A DNA stretch of 27,942 bases, counting the filler, from an uncultured virus (IMG/VR IMGVR_UViG_2522125086_000001) (Duplodnaviria > Heunggongvirae > Uroviricota > Caudoviricetes). It is 4 parts of one record of this genome, joined end to end, with 100 filler letters (N's around TTAATTAATTAA, not from the genome) between each part and the next. Parts side by side here need not be neighbours in the genome. Positions count along the whole stretch, not along the records: positions 9,601 to 22,316 come from IMGVR_UViG_2522125086_000001; 3 more parts are not named here. One strand, 5' to 3'. Positions 9,695-18,631 of the stretch are shown piece after piece. The first letter of the stretch is position 1. Each line of letters opens with the position of its first letter. The translations under genes and the position numbers were made by a program. The notes beneath the pieces are model-generated. The model made no database searches, was not told the DNA's origin, and worked only from the letters and a program-made list of their open reading frames with translations.

Positions 9695-10082
9695 TTCTCT
9701 AAAGAAAGCGGAAGCCCATTGTATGCAGCCCACACTAAAGCACATTTCCAAGAATACGGATCAAAGTAATTTTGCACAGAATCGACATCAATCCCATAAG
9801 AGCGAAAGTATTGAGGGTAATTACGGCGCACCCACACAGACAAACAGACCCTCTCAAAATTACAGTTGTATGCCCATTTCGTTACTCGCTCATCAGTTAA
9901 TGCCGTAAGGATCTCTCTTGGCACTGTATCTCCGCAAGCAAGGTCGTATACCTCGACAGGACCTCCGTTGACAGAGACACCAAATAGTAGAATGTCAAAA
10001 TCTGGTGATGAGGCGTATTTATAAACCCCACATTTTCCAAGATCGATACTGCTCCGTGTTTCAAGATCGATTGAAAGTGTTT

Positions 10083-10604
10083 TTATTTCAGCCATGAAAA
10101 GGTCCTCCCTGTTAATACTTTGCTTATCGTCTGATGAGCTACATCAAACATGAGACCAAGTTCTCTGGTTGTGATACCGCACCAGGCACCAAATCGAATC
10201 GCTTGTACATCATCTTCAGTTAATTTTTTCCATGCACGCCCAGAATGCAGAACATCTAGTACGTTCTCGGTTTGTGTATCGTATCTCAGATTCTCGAGTC
10301 TATTGTCGGTGGCATCGCCATTATTGTGGCATACGACTTTTCCGAGAGGCGGAAGCCCAACAAACGCTAACATCACTAGCTGGTGAACGAGATATGTTTT
10401 TCGCGGGTTATGAAGAACTACCGAAAGATGTCCACCTTTATCACGTACTCCAGGGGACAAGAGTTGCTCTTTTGTTTGAAAGGTTATCGGGCCACTCTGA
10501 TTTGCACTATGAATAATCCTACTTAGGCTCTTCACATTACCGAGATTACTCGCCTGGTATTTTCCCTCGTATCCGGGGATGTCTTTCCATATTTCCTTTT
10601 CCAT
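10083..10604 (-). CDS. NUMOD4 + HNH homing endonuclease
   Basis: EIWKDIPGYEGKYQASNLGNVKS (NUMOD4); VHQLVMLAF...CHNNGDATDNRLENL (HNH); overlaps the polA start by 13 bp. Confidence 0.9.
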   Translation of the reverse strand: MEKEIWKDIPGYEGKYQASNLGNVKSLSRIIHSANQSGPITFQTKEQLLSPGVRDKGGHLSVVLHNPRKTYLVHQLVMLAFVGLPPLGKVVCHNNGDATDNRLENLRYDTQTENVLDVLHSGRAWKKLTEDDVQAIRFGAWCGITTRELGLMFDVAHQTISKVLTGRTFSWLK

Positions 10605-10618
10605 ATCAAATCCTCATT

Positions 10619-10649
10619 AAAAAAGGGCGGCAGATAAACCGTCGCCCTT
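10619..10649 (-). terminator. Hairpin/terminator upstream of HNH-polA
   Basis: Minus strand AAGGGCGACGG-TTTAT-CTGCCGCCCTT followed by a T-run. Confidence 0.6.
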
Positions 10650-10656
10650 GATACAG

Positions 10657-10800
10657 TTATTTACGGAGTAAACGTTTGTTTAACAGATATTTCACTAGCT
10701 CAACCAGATTACCGGCGATGATGCCGAGCACGCTTCCGATAACAAATCCGAAGGCAAACTTCATGAACCAGATTTCATCAGGTGTCAGTCCGCATTCCAT
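10657..10800 (-). CDS. 47-aa single-TM small protein
   Basis: MECGLTPDEIWFMKFAFGFVIGSVLGIIAGNLVELVKYLLNKRLLRK; GGAGGT RBS; not in the ORF track. Confidence 0.6.
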   Translation of the reverse strand: MECGLTPDEIWFMKFAFGFVIGSVLGIIAGNLVELVKYLLNKRLLRK

Positions 10801-10943
10801 CTATCCGTACCTCCATATCGTTTACCTCTGAACTTCCTGATTGCTGTAGCCACCAGATGGGCTAGTCCCGCACCAAGTGCAAAGAACGAAATGAACACAA
10901 TATACAGTCCGGCAACCTGCCAGAGTTCCATAGAATTATTCAT
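10785..10943 (-). CDS. 52-aa single-TM small protein
   Basis: MNNSMELWQVAGLYIVFISFFALGAGLAHLVATAIRKFRGKRYGGTDRWNAD; GAGGTG RBS; overlaps the next small ORF. Confidence 0.6.
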   Translation of the reverse strand: MNNSMELWQVAGLYIVFISFFALGAGLAHLVATAIRKFRGKRYGGTDRWNAD

Positions 10944-11010
10944 TTTTTTCACCTCATTGTCTTAAAGGCGGCAGGCATGCCCACCGCCCGAATTGTCAGA
11001 AATTACCGGA

Positions 11011-11580
11011 TTAACCTAAGAAATCTTCATCGTCTTCGTCATCAAGATCTGCGAAGTCATCCTCGGCACGACTGTGGCCGCCAAGAGGAGTACCATCAGC
11101 GAGTTTCTGCAGATTGTTGAGACCGCAGGCGATACCCTTGTTGCCGTTGGAGTTATAGGCGTAAAAGTTGATGGACGCTCTGCCGACGATACCAGAGTAA
11201 AGCTCGGAGGTATCGATGATGTCCTGTCGATCTGCGTCAACCACACCAGGCTTGGTGGTGCTGTTGGCGTTCACAAAGTAGGAGTTGGCATAGGCTGCAT
11301 CGCCTTTACGATCCTTGTCACCGTCGCGAAGCGGAGTCTTAATAGCATCAAGATCCGGAACGAACTTGGAGTTGCCCTTGAGCTTGGACTGACCTTCATC
11401 ATAGGCAGCCTTGATGGCGGCCTTGATCTTGTTTACGGTCACGGTGTCGGACTTCGGAATGATCAGCGAAACGCTGTACTTCGGAGTGCCGCCGCCCATA
11501 GGAACCTTAGGCTCGTTAACGTTAAGATAAGAGAAGATGGTCTTAGGACCGGTAATTACTTTAGTAGGACTTTTTGTCAT
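11011..11580 (-). CDS. DUF2815 phage ssDNA-binding protein
   Basis: PKYSVSLIIPKSD, PLRDGD, GIACGLNNLQKL, acidic tail; lies between DUF2800 and polA. Confidence 0.88.
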   Translation of the reverse strand: MTKSPTKVITGPKTIFSYLNVNEPKVPMGGGTPKYSVSLIIPKSDTVTVNKIKAAIKAAYDEGQSKLKGNSKFVPDLDAIKTPLRDGDKDRKGDAAYANSYFVNANSTTKPGVVDADRQDIIDTSELYSGIVGRASINFYAYNSNGNKGIACGLNNLQKLADGTPLGGHSRAEDDFADLDDEDDEDFLG

Positions 11581-11581
11581 C

Positions 11582-12721
11582 TTAGTTTTCCTCTATAAAA
11601 TCAGATTTAGCAGTGTTGAATTCAGGACGGGGATCCGTGTCTGAAACAAGCACAGGTTTACCAACGGGCTTTATAACAAGCCCACTCAACAGTTCTTCGA
11701 ACTTCTTTTTGCCTAACTGCCTGGTCATCGATGTGATTCCCAGGAGCTTTTTCTCAAACGGATCGTACCCGGCATTCTGTACAACCTTTGCCACCTCATT
11801 TTCGTCGGTGTATTTGCGAATACTTCTCCCTTCCACAACCTTGAAGTGCGGATAGCGGACACCGGAAAGAGCCTGTTCCAAAGCGTATGCCTTGATGTCA
11901 TCCGCCCAGGAGACCAGAGAGTCCACCTGTGGCAGAATTGCCGCAATTTCATCGGTATTCAGACTTGGAGCCTCAATGAAGTCATACTTTGCCAGCTCCA
12001 GACTGTATGCCGCACGGGCTCTGCAGGTAGCCTTCAGCTTGCAGAACTGACAGTGGTCACCGGCATGGAACTCACCCTTACCGGCAGATGCCAGTTCAGC
12101 CGTTGGCTTTAAAACCTCATCCGCCCATTTCAGCAGTTCCTCTGTGGATAACTCGAAGGTGTCCACATTGCCGCGTCTTGGCTGATAGATGCTGAGTTTG
12201 ATTCTTCTGATGTCGTAAAGAGCACCGAAGGTATCAAGAGCACCAAGGGCATAGCATTTAAGCTGGCTGTTCCCGGTACCGTCTTCTCCGGATGCCGTTA
12301 CAAGAACACCGACACCGTATTTCAAGTCGATGATGTGCAGCAGATCATCAGCCACAATCACGCAGTCTCCGGTTCCGAATCCATCCTTTACCCACTTGGA
12401 GAAGTCGAGTCTCTGCTCAACGCATACCAGCGGATCTGAACAGTGTTCCTTCGCGGCTGCAACCTGTTCCATGACAAAGCTGCAGTAGCCATCGGCAGCC
12501 TCCTGCATTTCAGCGTCATAGAAGGAAAGGTTCGGAGTCGGATCACTTGCATCGCGTCCAAGAGCCTTAGTCACCAGATACTCACAGAGTTCGTGAGCGT
12601 CTGTTCCCTGCTGTGCATACGGGCTAGACTGATCTTCAAGTTCAGCGCAGAGCTTTGCACTTGGGGGACAGGCTAACCAGCGGTGACTGGCTGACGCTGA
12701 CAGATAAGCGTGTTTAGCCAT
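11582..12721 (-). CDS. DUF2800 Cas4-like PD-(D/E)XK nuclease
   Basis: HAYLSASASHRWLACPPS, GFGTGDCVI..IIDLKYG, QLKCYALG, HCQFCKLKATC. Confidence 0.88.
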   Translation of the reverse strand: MAKHAYLSASASHRWLACPPSAKLCAELEDQSSPYAQQGTDAHELCEYLVTKALGRDASDPTPNLSFYDAEMQEAADGYCSFVMEQVAAAKEHCSDPLVCVEQRLDFSKWVKDGFGTGDCVIVADDLLHIIDLKYGVGVLVTASGEDGTGNSQLKCYALGALDTFGALYDIRRIKLSIYQPRRGNVDTFELSTEELLKWADEVLKPTAELASAGKGEFHAGDHCQFCKLKATCRARAAYSLELAKYDFIEAPSLNTDEIAAILPQVDSLVSWADDIKAYALEQALSGVRYPHFKVVEGRSIRKYTDENEVAKVVQNAGYDPFEKKLLGITSMTRQLGKKKFEELLSGLVIKPVGKPVLVSDTDPRPEFNTAKSDFIEEN

Positions 12722-13051
12722 TACCCAGTACCTCCGCTTCAGCTACCAGCTCGGCAAATACAGCAGGATCGGTGATGTCGGATAACTGCTTTACTCCATG
12801 AGAGGTGAGCAGTGCCTTAACCTCGGCTCTGAAACCGGATCTGGCCTTGTCGGAGAGAATGCCTCGTACTTCCTCGAAGGTGTAAACCTTGGCCGGAGTT
12901 TCCTCGGCAGCGGGAGCCGGAGTTTCGGGTTCAGCCTGAACTTCAGCTGTCTTTTTAGACGTAAATTTTCCCAAAATTCCTACTAAAATTCCCACCCAAA
13001 AAAATTAATGAATTCATTGTCACATAAGCGTTTGTGAAGATCAATTTATTC

Positions 13052-13101
13052 TTTACTCCCCCCGAAAATTGACATATAATTTTAGTAGAATTCCTACTAA
13101 A
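13052..13101 (+). promoter_or_regulatory. Transposase promoter with adjoining palindrome
   Basis: TTTACT-17bp-TATAAT (13052-13080) followed by TTTAGTAG-AATTC-CTACTAAA (13081-13101). Confidence 0.55.
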
Positions 13102-13133
13102 GGAATTTGAGGTGTCAGTAAGGGGATCAGGGT

Positions 13134-14960
13134 ATGCCAATTTACCGGAATATTGTTGTTGACATTCCATCTAAAAGCTATATCGAGAAAAAGGATCAAA
13201 GTGTATTTGTAAAGGACAGGAACGAATATGATCCTGCTGTGAAATATAATCGGGTAAGCCATGTAATTATCGGCAGGGCAATTGACAAGACAAGGATGTA
13301 CCCCAACCATAATTTCCGCATGAGATATCCTGAAGCTTTTCAGCAGGCGGCGGGAGAACCGCAGCTGAAATCCATAAAGAGGATGGGGATGTATGCCGTT
13401 GTCCTGGCTCTTCTGGAAAAGAACTCCATGTACCGGTGCCTGCACGAAACCATGGGAATTGAGTCGGCAAACCTGATTCTTGATTTTTGCATGTATTCCA
13501 TACTCCATCATTCAGCTGTTTCCGATCACTTCAGAACAGCCATGTCTGAACAGCTGCTGTTCTCCCGCAATCTCAAATCCGGAAAGGATTTATCTTCGTT
13601 TTTTAATCAGGATGAGAATATTGAAAGGCTGGAAAGGTTCAAGACAGAATGGGCAGGAGCCTGCAAAAAACGCGGGATAAAGAATGTCTGGCTGGCAATT
13701 GACGGCTCAAATAACGATTGCGCCGCAGATGCCGATATTGCTGAGCGGGGGTACGCAAAATCCAAAAAGGATGTTCCGGTCGTTAGTTATCTTTATGCTG
13801 TTGACAGCAGTGACGGAACCCCGATAAGCTTTGATGTTTACCGGGGCAGCCGAGTTGACAGCAAAGCCGTTATGAAAATGATCGGATGGCTGAAAGCATA
13901 TGAGATGAATGTCAAAGGGGTGGTGGTTGACCGGGGTTTTGCAACCAAAGATGTTCTTGAGATGCTTGACAGCAATGAACTTCAATATGTTGCCATGCTC
14001 AAGGGAGATACAAACGCTCATAAGACAATGCTTGCCGAATATGCATCCAAAATCAGCAGGCAATTCGAGTTCATGCTGGACAGATATGATAACAGCGGAA
14101 AAACAGACAATGTCAGAGTCTTCAGCAGTAATGACAATGTTTACTATGGGATATCATCAGAGGATAAGGTTAAGCTGTTTAAGCAGCATAAGTATAAGGC
14201 TTATGTTTCCCTGATTTTTGACGGACAGAACGGTGAGGAGCGCCAGCAGAACTGGTTTAAAAAGGTCTCTAATGCTGCGGTGGATTTGCAGAACAGACTG
14301 AATTCAGGAGAAGATGCCAAAGTTCCGAAGGAATTTGAAAAAAGCATGGAAATCCAGCAAAATGAAGGCAGGAAAACAGTCCTGATAAATATGGAAAAAG
14401 TACAGATCTGCGGCGATCAAAAAGGATTCAGTTCTCTTGCAACTTCCGAAAAGATGAGCGCCGGAAGAGCCAATGAAATTTACACCATGCGAAGCTCTGT
14501 TGAAGCTGATTTTGCGATAGTTAAAACTCAGCTTGGTTACGGCAAGACCGGAGTACACAGTGAAACAGGGATAAAAACCAAGATTTCCATTGGTTTCATC
14601 GCCTCTGTGATTCGAAATGAACTGCTGAAAGCTGCAAAAAAGGCGGGACTTCCTACCAATAAAATAGCAAAGGAAATCAACTACATTACGATGGGGCTCA
14701 ATCAAAGCGACCGGTATTTTGTCTCTCATACCGAAAGTAAGAAACAAAAAGAGTTCCTTAAGGAATGCGGTGTTCTCCCTGCAGATCTGGATCGTATAGC
14801 CGAGGCTGAAAATAAGAGAATTTCCAGTAAAGAACCGAACCCGTTCCACAAATTCCCTAAAGCTAACACAAAGGAAAAAAAGTCAAAGAGCGGACAGTCA
14901 AAAGCTGACAATTCCTCCGTCAGCGGGACAACATCTGTTACTGCTGACAAAGAGGAATAA
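13134..14960 (+). CDS. DDE transposase (IS1634/IS4 superfamily)
   Basis: LAIDGS, GYAK, VVVDRGF, Y..R..VE..F..K (YREK-like) motifs; single ORF filling the IS. Confidence 0.88.
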   Translation: MPIYRNIVVDIPSKSYIEKKDQSVFVKDRNEYDPAVKYNRVSHVIIGRAIDKTRMYPNHNFRMRYPEAFQQAAGEPQLKSIKRMGMYAVVLALLEKNSMYRCLHETMGIESANLILDFCMYSILHHSAVSDHFRTAMSEQLLFSRNLKSGKDLSSFFNQDENIERLERFKTEWAGACKKRGIKNVWLAIDGSNNDCAADADIAERGYAKSKKDVPVVSYLYAVDSSDGTPISFDVYRGSRVDSKAVMKMIGWLKAYEMNVKGVVVDRGFATKDVLEMLDSNELQYVAMLKGDTNAHKTMLAEYASKISRQFEFMLDRYDNSGKTDNVRVFSSNDNVYYGISSEDKVKLFKQHKYKAYVSLIFDGQNGEERQQNWFKKVSNAAVDLQNRLNSGEDAKVPKEFEKSMEIQQNEGRKTVLINMEKVQICGDQKGFSSLATSEKMSAGRANEIYTMRSSVEADFAIVKTQLGYGKTGVHSETGIKTKISIGFIASVIRNELLKAAKKAGLPTNKIAKEINYITMGLNQSDRYFVSHTESKKQKEFLKECGVLPADLDRIAEAENKRISSKEPNPFHKFPKANTKEKKSKSGQSKADNSSVSGTTSVTADKEE

Positions 14961-15202
14961 GCCCACAATTTTGACAAGCTAAAAAGGACTTTTGCTTCTG
15001 GTCTGGATTGAGGGTTTTAGTAGGATTTTTGGGAAAATTTACGTTTAGAAGTGGTTTCCGTGCCTGAAAGCAGTTCAGCTATTTCAGCGGCATCCGCGCT
15101 CAGCCTGCGGAATCCATCGATAAGAACAGTAATGTCTTTCTTTTTCATGGGATTGACCTCATAAGTTTGTTTCAATTTCAGCGGGGCGGTTTTTAAGTGC
15201 CC

Positions 15203-15474
15203 TCACTACCTAATGCCCAGAACCGGATTGCTTTTACAAAAAATTTTTAACTTTTTTTTCAGCAGCGGTTTTCTGCGCCTTCACTACCTAATGCCCAGAA
15301 CCGAGAGGCTTTTACAAAAAATTTTTAACTTTTTTTTCAGCATCGGTTTTCTGTGCTTTCACTACCTAATGCCCAGAACCGAGAGGCTTTTACAAAAAAT
15401 TTTTAACTTTTTTTTCAGCATCGGTTTTCTGCGCCTTCACTGCCTAATGCCCAAAACCCGGTGGTTTTTACAAA
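15203..15474. repeat. Tandem array of ~3.5 units with 78-bp period
   Basis: Units start at 15203, 15281, 15359 and 15437; each carries CTAATGCCCA(G/A)AA-N9-TTTTACA. Confidence 0.92.
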
Positions 15475-15533
15475 CATCTTTTTATGCCTGGAAATAGAGG
15501 AAGAAGACTGTCGGAAATTTTTTAAAGATTTTT

Positions 15534-15562
15534 TGTAAAAGCGGGGTACTTCTGGGCATTAG
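15534..15562 (+). promoter_or_regulatory. Element-specific bipartite motif ahead of the rightward operon
   Basis: TGTAAAA-GCGGGGTAC-TTCTGGGCATTAG, an inverted copy of the array motif. Confidence 0.7.
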
Positions 15563-15625
15563 AGATTGAGAGGGCGGAAAAGCCACCCTCGAGGATTTTT
15601 TTTAATGACTATCAGGAGAACTTGA

Positions 15626-15946
15626 ATGTACGCAGTTAAAGAAAAACAGGCGTGTATAAACGGGGTCTTGTTTAAGACCTTTGAACGTAAGACAACCGGA
15701 CTTCGCATTGAGGCGGGAACCACAGGATTTAAGGGAGGAAAAGAACGTCGCAGAGGGGGCAGAGCCTATGTTTCGCTTGAAAGCCTTGGCGGTGATTTCT
15801 GCTTTCTTCCGGTAATCAACGAAAAGAAAAAGGTGGTCGGCTTTGAAATTGCCGCCAGCGGTGATGATGGGGTTGAGGCAGTCAGGAAGGCTCTCAACTT
15901 TGCCTGTGATGCCATCCATGATCAGTGTCTTATGGTTAATGACTAA
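15626..15946 (+). CDS. Conserved hypothetical phage protein
   Basis: AGGAG RBS; IEAGTTGFKGG motif; first gene of the rightward operon. Confidence 0.7.
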   Translation: MYAVKEKQACINGVLFKTFERKTTGLRIEAGTTGFKGGKERRRGGRAYVSLESLGGDFCFLPVINEKKKVVGFEIAASGDDGVEAVRKALNFACDAIHDQCLMVND

Positions 15947-15961
15947 GGAGAATTTTGACTG

Positions 15962-18340
15962 ATGAAATATGCTTTTTCTAACAGCCGGAAGACCGTGAAA
16001 TGGACTAACGGCGAAATTTCGTGGGATAAGCTGGGAGAACTTCTCAGGAACACCAAAAGAACGCCAGAAACTATTGAGGCCTATCGCAAGATGACTAAAG
16101 CTCAGCAGGCTGACATCAAGGATGTCGGTGGCTTTGTCGGCGGTCATCTGAAAAAGGGAATACGCAAGAAAGGCTGTGTTCTGTGCCGTTCTATGCTGGT
16201 TCTAGATCTTGACTATTGCGGTCCGCAGGTGTGGGAGAACATTCTAAGCAAGCTACCTTACAGATGTTTCTGCTATTCCACTCATAAGCACACCCCGGAG
16301 CATCCGAGACTGCGCCTTATTATCGTATTTACCCGTGAGGTATCGGAGGAGGAATATCCGGCCATAGCCAGAATGGTGGCAAAGGAAATCGGCATTGATA
16401 TGTTCGACGACAGCACCTATGAAGCCAACCGCCTTATGTACTGGCCGTCAACCTCCATCAACGGCGAATACTTCTTCAGAGAGAAGGACGGTACCGACCT
16501 CGATCCCGATGAGTATCTTGCAAAATACGATGACTGGCATGATACATCAACATGGCCGGTGTCTTCCAGGGAGGGTGCCATAAAAGATCACGGCAAAAGT
16601 CAGCAGGCTGATCCGTTTACAAAGACCGGTCTCATCGGTGCTTTCTGCCGCGCCTATCCCATCTCAGTGCTCATTCCGGAACTGATGTCTGACATCTATG
16701 CTGAGACTGCAGAGCCCAACCGCTACTCATACATTCCAGCAGACAGCGCAGCAGGTGCTGTTGCCTACGATGACAAGTTCCTTTATTCGCATCACACCTC
16801 AGATCCGGCATGCCGGCAGCAGCTGAATTCTTTTGATCTGTACCGGGTACATAAATTCAGAGAACTCGATTTGGATGTACCTGATGACACTCAGGCAAAT
16901 CAGCTCCCGTCCTATAGGGCAATGATGGAGTTTGCCAATACCTGTCCACGGGTTAAGCGTCTGCTGCTGGAGGAACGGCAGGCAGAGGCCAGAACTGATT
17001 TTGCCTCTGATCCATCTCAGGATGATGCCGGTGATGACAGATGGCAGGAAAAACTCAAGTACATGGCCCGCAGCAAACTCCTTGAGAACAGCGTTTATAA
17101 CCTTGCTCTCATTATGACCAACGATAAACGTCTGGCGAATTTCGGCTTTAACGAGATGGCAAATGCCGTTCAGGTTACCGGTAAACTGCCGTGGAGTCGT
17201 CCTGACAATATGAAGTTCTGGCGCGATGCCGATACGGCACATCTTAAAGCCTGGCTTGATATCAACTACCTGCCGTTTTCCAGCCGGAATCATGATGTGG
17301 TCTTTACCGGCATTGCGGATAATCGCAGATTCCATCCGGTACGCAACTATCTGGACAGCCTTGACCCCTGGGATAAAAAGCCCCGGCTGGAAACTTTCTT
17401 TATCGAGAGATTTATGGCTGATGACACGCGGTATGTAAGGCTTGTTTCCCGAAAAACCTTCGTGGCGGCGGTTGCCCGCATTTACCGGCCAGGCACCAAG
17501 TTTGACCACATTCTAACGCTGGATGGCATTCAGGGGATCGGCAAAAGCACCGTCTGGAAGGTAATGGCAGGCATTGAATACTTCTCAGATGCTCTCTCTC
17601 TTACCGACATGGAAGATAAAGCCGGAGCAGAGAAACTGCAGGGATTCTGGATTGTTGAAATCGGTGAGCTTGCCGGAATGAAAAGGGCTGAAATCGAACG
17701 TGTGAAATCGTTCATTACCACCACCGATGATAAGTACCGTCCGAGTTACGGCAGAGTGGTCGAAAGTCATCCGAGACAATGCATCATGGTGGCCACGGTT
17801 AACGGCGAAAACGGCTATCTGCGAGATATCACGGGTAACCGCAGGTTCTGGGTGGTGAAATGCCGGCAGACTGAACAGAAGGTCAGATGGGAAATAACAC
17901 CGGAACTTCGAGATCAGATCTGGGCGGAAGCCAAATACTACCACGAGCAGGGTGAGGATTTAAACCTTCCTGATGACGTTCTGCAGGATGCCGAGGAGGC
18001 GCAAATCGGTGCCATGGAGGTTGATGAACGTCAGGGCATGGTTGAGCAGTATCTGGCAAAACCTCTGCCGACAAACTGGGCAACCATGGATTTGTACCAG
18101 CGACGCAGTTACCTCGATGGCGATGAGCTTACCGCGAATACGGTAACTGAGCCGAGAAAGACTGTCAGCAACGCTGAAATCTGGTGTGAATGTTTTGGTA
18201 AAAACCTGGCAGACATGAAGCCTTCCGACTCTTTCGCGATAGCGGCTCTGATGATGCAGATCGATGGCTGGAAACGTTCCGGTCGCAGAGTGTCACAGCC
18301 TCTCTACGGCAGACAGAGGGTTTATGAGTTTGCAGGTTAA
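15962..18340 (+). CDS. VirE/VapE-family primase-helicase
   Basis: N-terminal primase-like region (LVLDLD, YSTHKHTPEHPRLRL); Walker A GIQGIGKST; EIGEL; RDITGNRRFW. Confidence 0.9.
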   Translation: MKYAFSNSRKTVKWTNGEISWDKLGELLRNTKRTPETIEAYRKMTKAQQADIKDVGGFVGGHLKKGIRKKGCVLCRSMLVLDLDYCGPQVWENILSKLPYRCFCYSTHKHTPEHPRLRLIIVFTREVSEEEYPAIARMVAKEIGIDMFDDSTYEANRLMYWPSTSINGEYFFREKDGTDLDPDEYLAKYDDWHDTSTWPVSSREGAIKDHGKSQQADPFTKTGLIGAFCRAYPISVLIPELMSDIYAETAEPNRYSYIPADSAAGAVAYDDKFLYSHHTSDPACRQQLNSFDLYRVHKFRELDLDVPDDTQANQLPSYRAMMEFANTCPRVKRLLLEERQAEARTDFASDPSQDDAGDDRWQEKLKYMARSKLLENSVYNLALIMTNDKRLANFGFNEMANAVQVTGKLPWSRPDNMKFWRDADTAHLKAWLDINYLPFSSRNHDVVFTGIADNRRFHPVRNYLDSLDPWDKKPRLETFFIERFMADDTRYVRLVSRKTFVAAVARIYRPGTKFDHILTLDGIQGIGKSTVWKVMAGIEYFSDALSLTDMEDKAGAEKLQGFWIVEIGELAGMKRAEIERVKSFITTTDDKYRPSYGRVVESHPRQCIMVATVNGENGYLRDITGNRRFWVVKCRQTEQKVRWEITPELRDQIWAEAKYYHEQGEDLNLPDDVLQDAEEAQIGAMEVDERQGMVEQYLAKPLPTNWATMDLYQRRSYLDGDELTANTVTEPRKTVSNAEIWCECFGKNLADMKPSDSFAIAALMMQIDGWKRSGRRVSQPLYGRQRVYEFAG

Positions 18341-18350
18341 TGCCTGTTAG

Positions 18351-18615
18351 ATGGAACGGACAGGACAATCTCTACCTATTAATTAGTTGAGATTATAGGT
18401 ATAAAAGGATCATAGGCATTAATACACACGTATATAGCTCTAATGAAACCTATGTCCTTTTTGAGCCACTGTCCACGGTTAGATTACTTAATGGTACGGA
18501 CAGGACAACTTCTACCCATTAATTATTTGAAGTTGAAGGTATAAGAGGATCACGGGCATTAATACACGTATATAGAGTATTAATGGCTACCGAGTCCAGA
18601 TTGAGCCACTGTCCA
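18351..18615. repeat. Two 125-bp imperfect direct repeats (18351-18475, 18491-18615); putative replication origin
   Basis: Each runs ATGGwACGGACAGGACAA...AT-rich core...TTGAGCCACTGTCCA with inward-facing GGACA/TGTCC arms; directly after virE. Confidence 0.7.
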
Positions 18616-18631
18616 TTTCAGGAAGGATGAG

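Larger units (their letters stand above)
9348..9756. repeat. 62-bp perfect direct repeat (9348-9409, 9695-9756), a long target-site duplication
   Basis: TTCTCTAAAGAAAGCGG...CCAAGAATA is identical on both sides and abuts the TIRs. Confidence 0.9.
7757..10095 (-). pseudogene. Phage-type family-A DNA polymerase split by an IS (reconstructed 663 aa)
   Basis: N-part has ExoI motif IDLET; C-part has DFSAIEARV (motif A), RQKGKIAELALGYG (B), HVHDE (C); 10095-9695 joined to 9347-7757 gives 1992 bp in frame. Confidence 0.9.
12960..15043 (+). mobile_element. Complete IS1634-family element, 2084 bp
   Basis: 29-bp TIR CGTAAATTTTCCCAAAA(T/A)TCCTACTAAAA with 1 mismatch; 6-bp TSD TTTAGA at 12954-12959 and 15044-15049. 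Confidence 0.88.
12714..15148 (-). pseudogene. Conserved small phage protein (first gene of the leftward operon) split by an IS1634-family element; reconstructed 114 aa
   Basis: MKKKDITVLIDG...TTSK (15148-15044, GAGGT RBS) joins KTAEVQ...TFEEVRGILSDKARSGFRAEVKALL...LGNG (12953-12714) in frame. Confidence 0.85.

Noticed and set aside
9410..10604. Group I intron or intein in polA linked to the HNH
   Set aside because: The interruption has TIRs and a target duplication, and the HNH lies upstream of the polA start
11582..12721. cas4 of a CRISPR system
   Set aside because: Cas4-like fold, but in the standard DUF2800-DUF2815-polA phage replication context
15203..15474. CRISPR or TIGR-like guide array
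   Set aside because: Units are near-identical throughout with no unique spacers (the 9-mers of units 2 and 3 are identical); no cas1/cas2 or Nop-domain gene; single copies of the motif occur in promoter positions
15213..15497. 94-aa ORF with 26-aa repeats
   Set aside because: By-product of a 78-bp DNA repeat divisible by three; no clear RBS
16799..17509. Long antisense ORFs (for example 236 aa here, 11074-11598, 14304-14849, 21271-21825)
   Set aside because: Shadows of well-supported genes on the opposite strand with no recognisable motifs
18398..18562. GGCATTAA in the ori repeats as further copies of the regulon motif
   Set aside because: Lacks TTCTG and the correctly spaced TGTAAAA box
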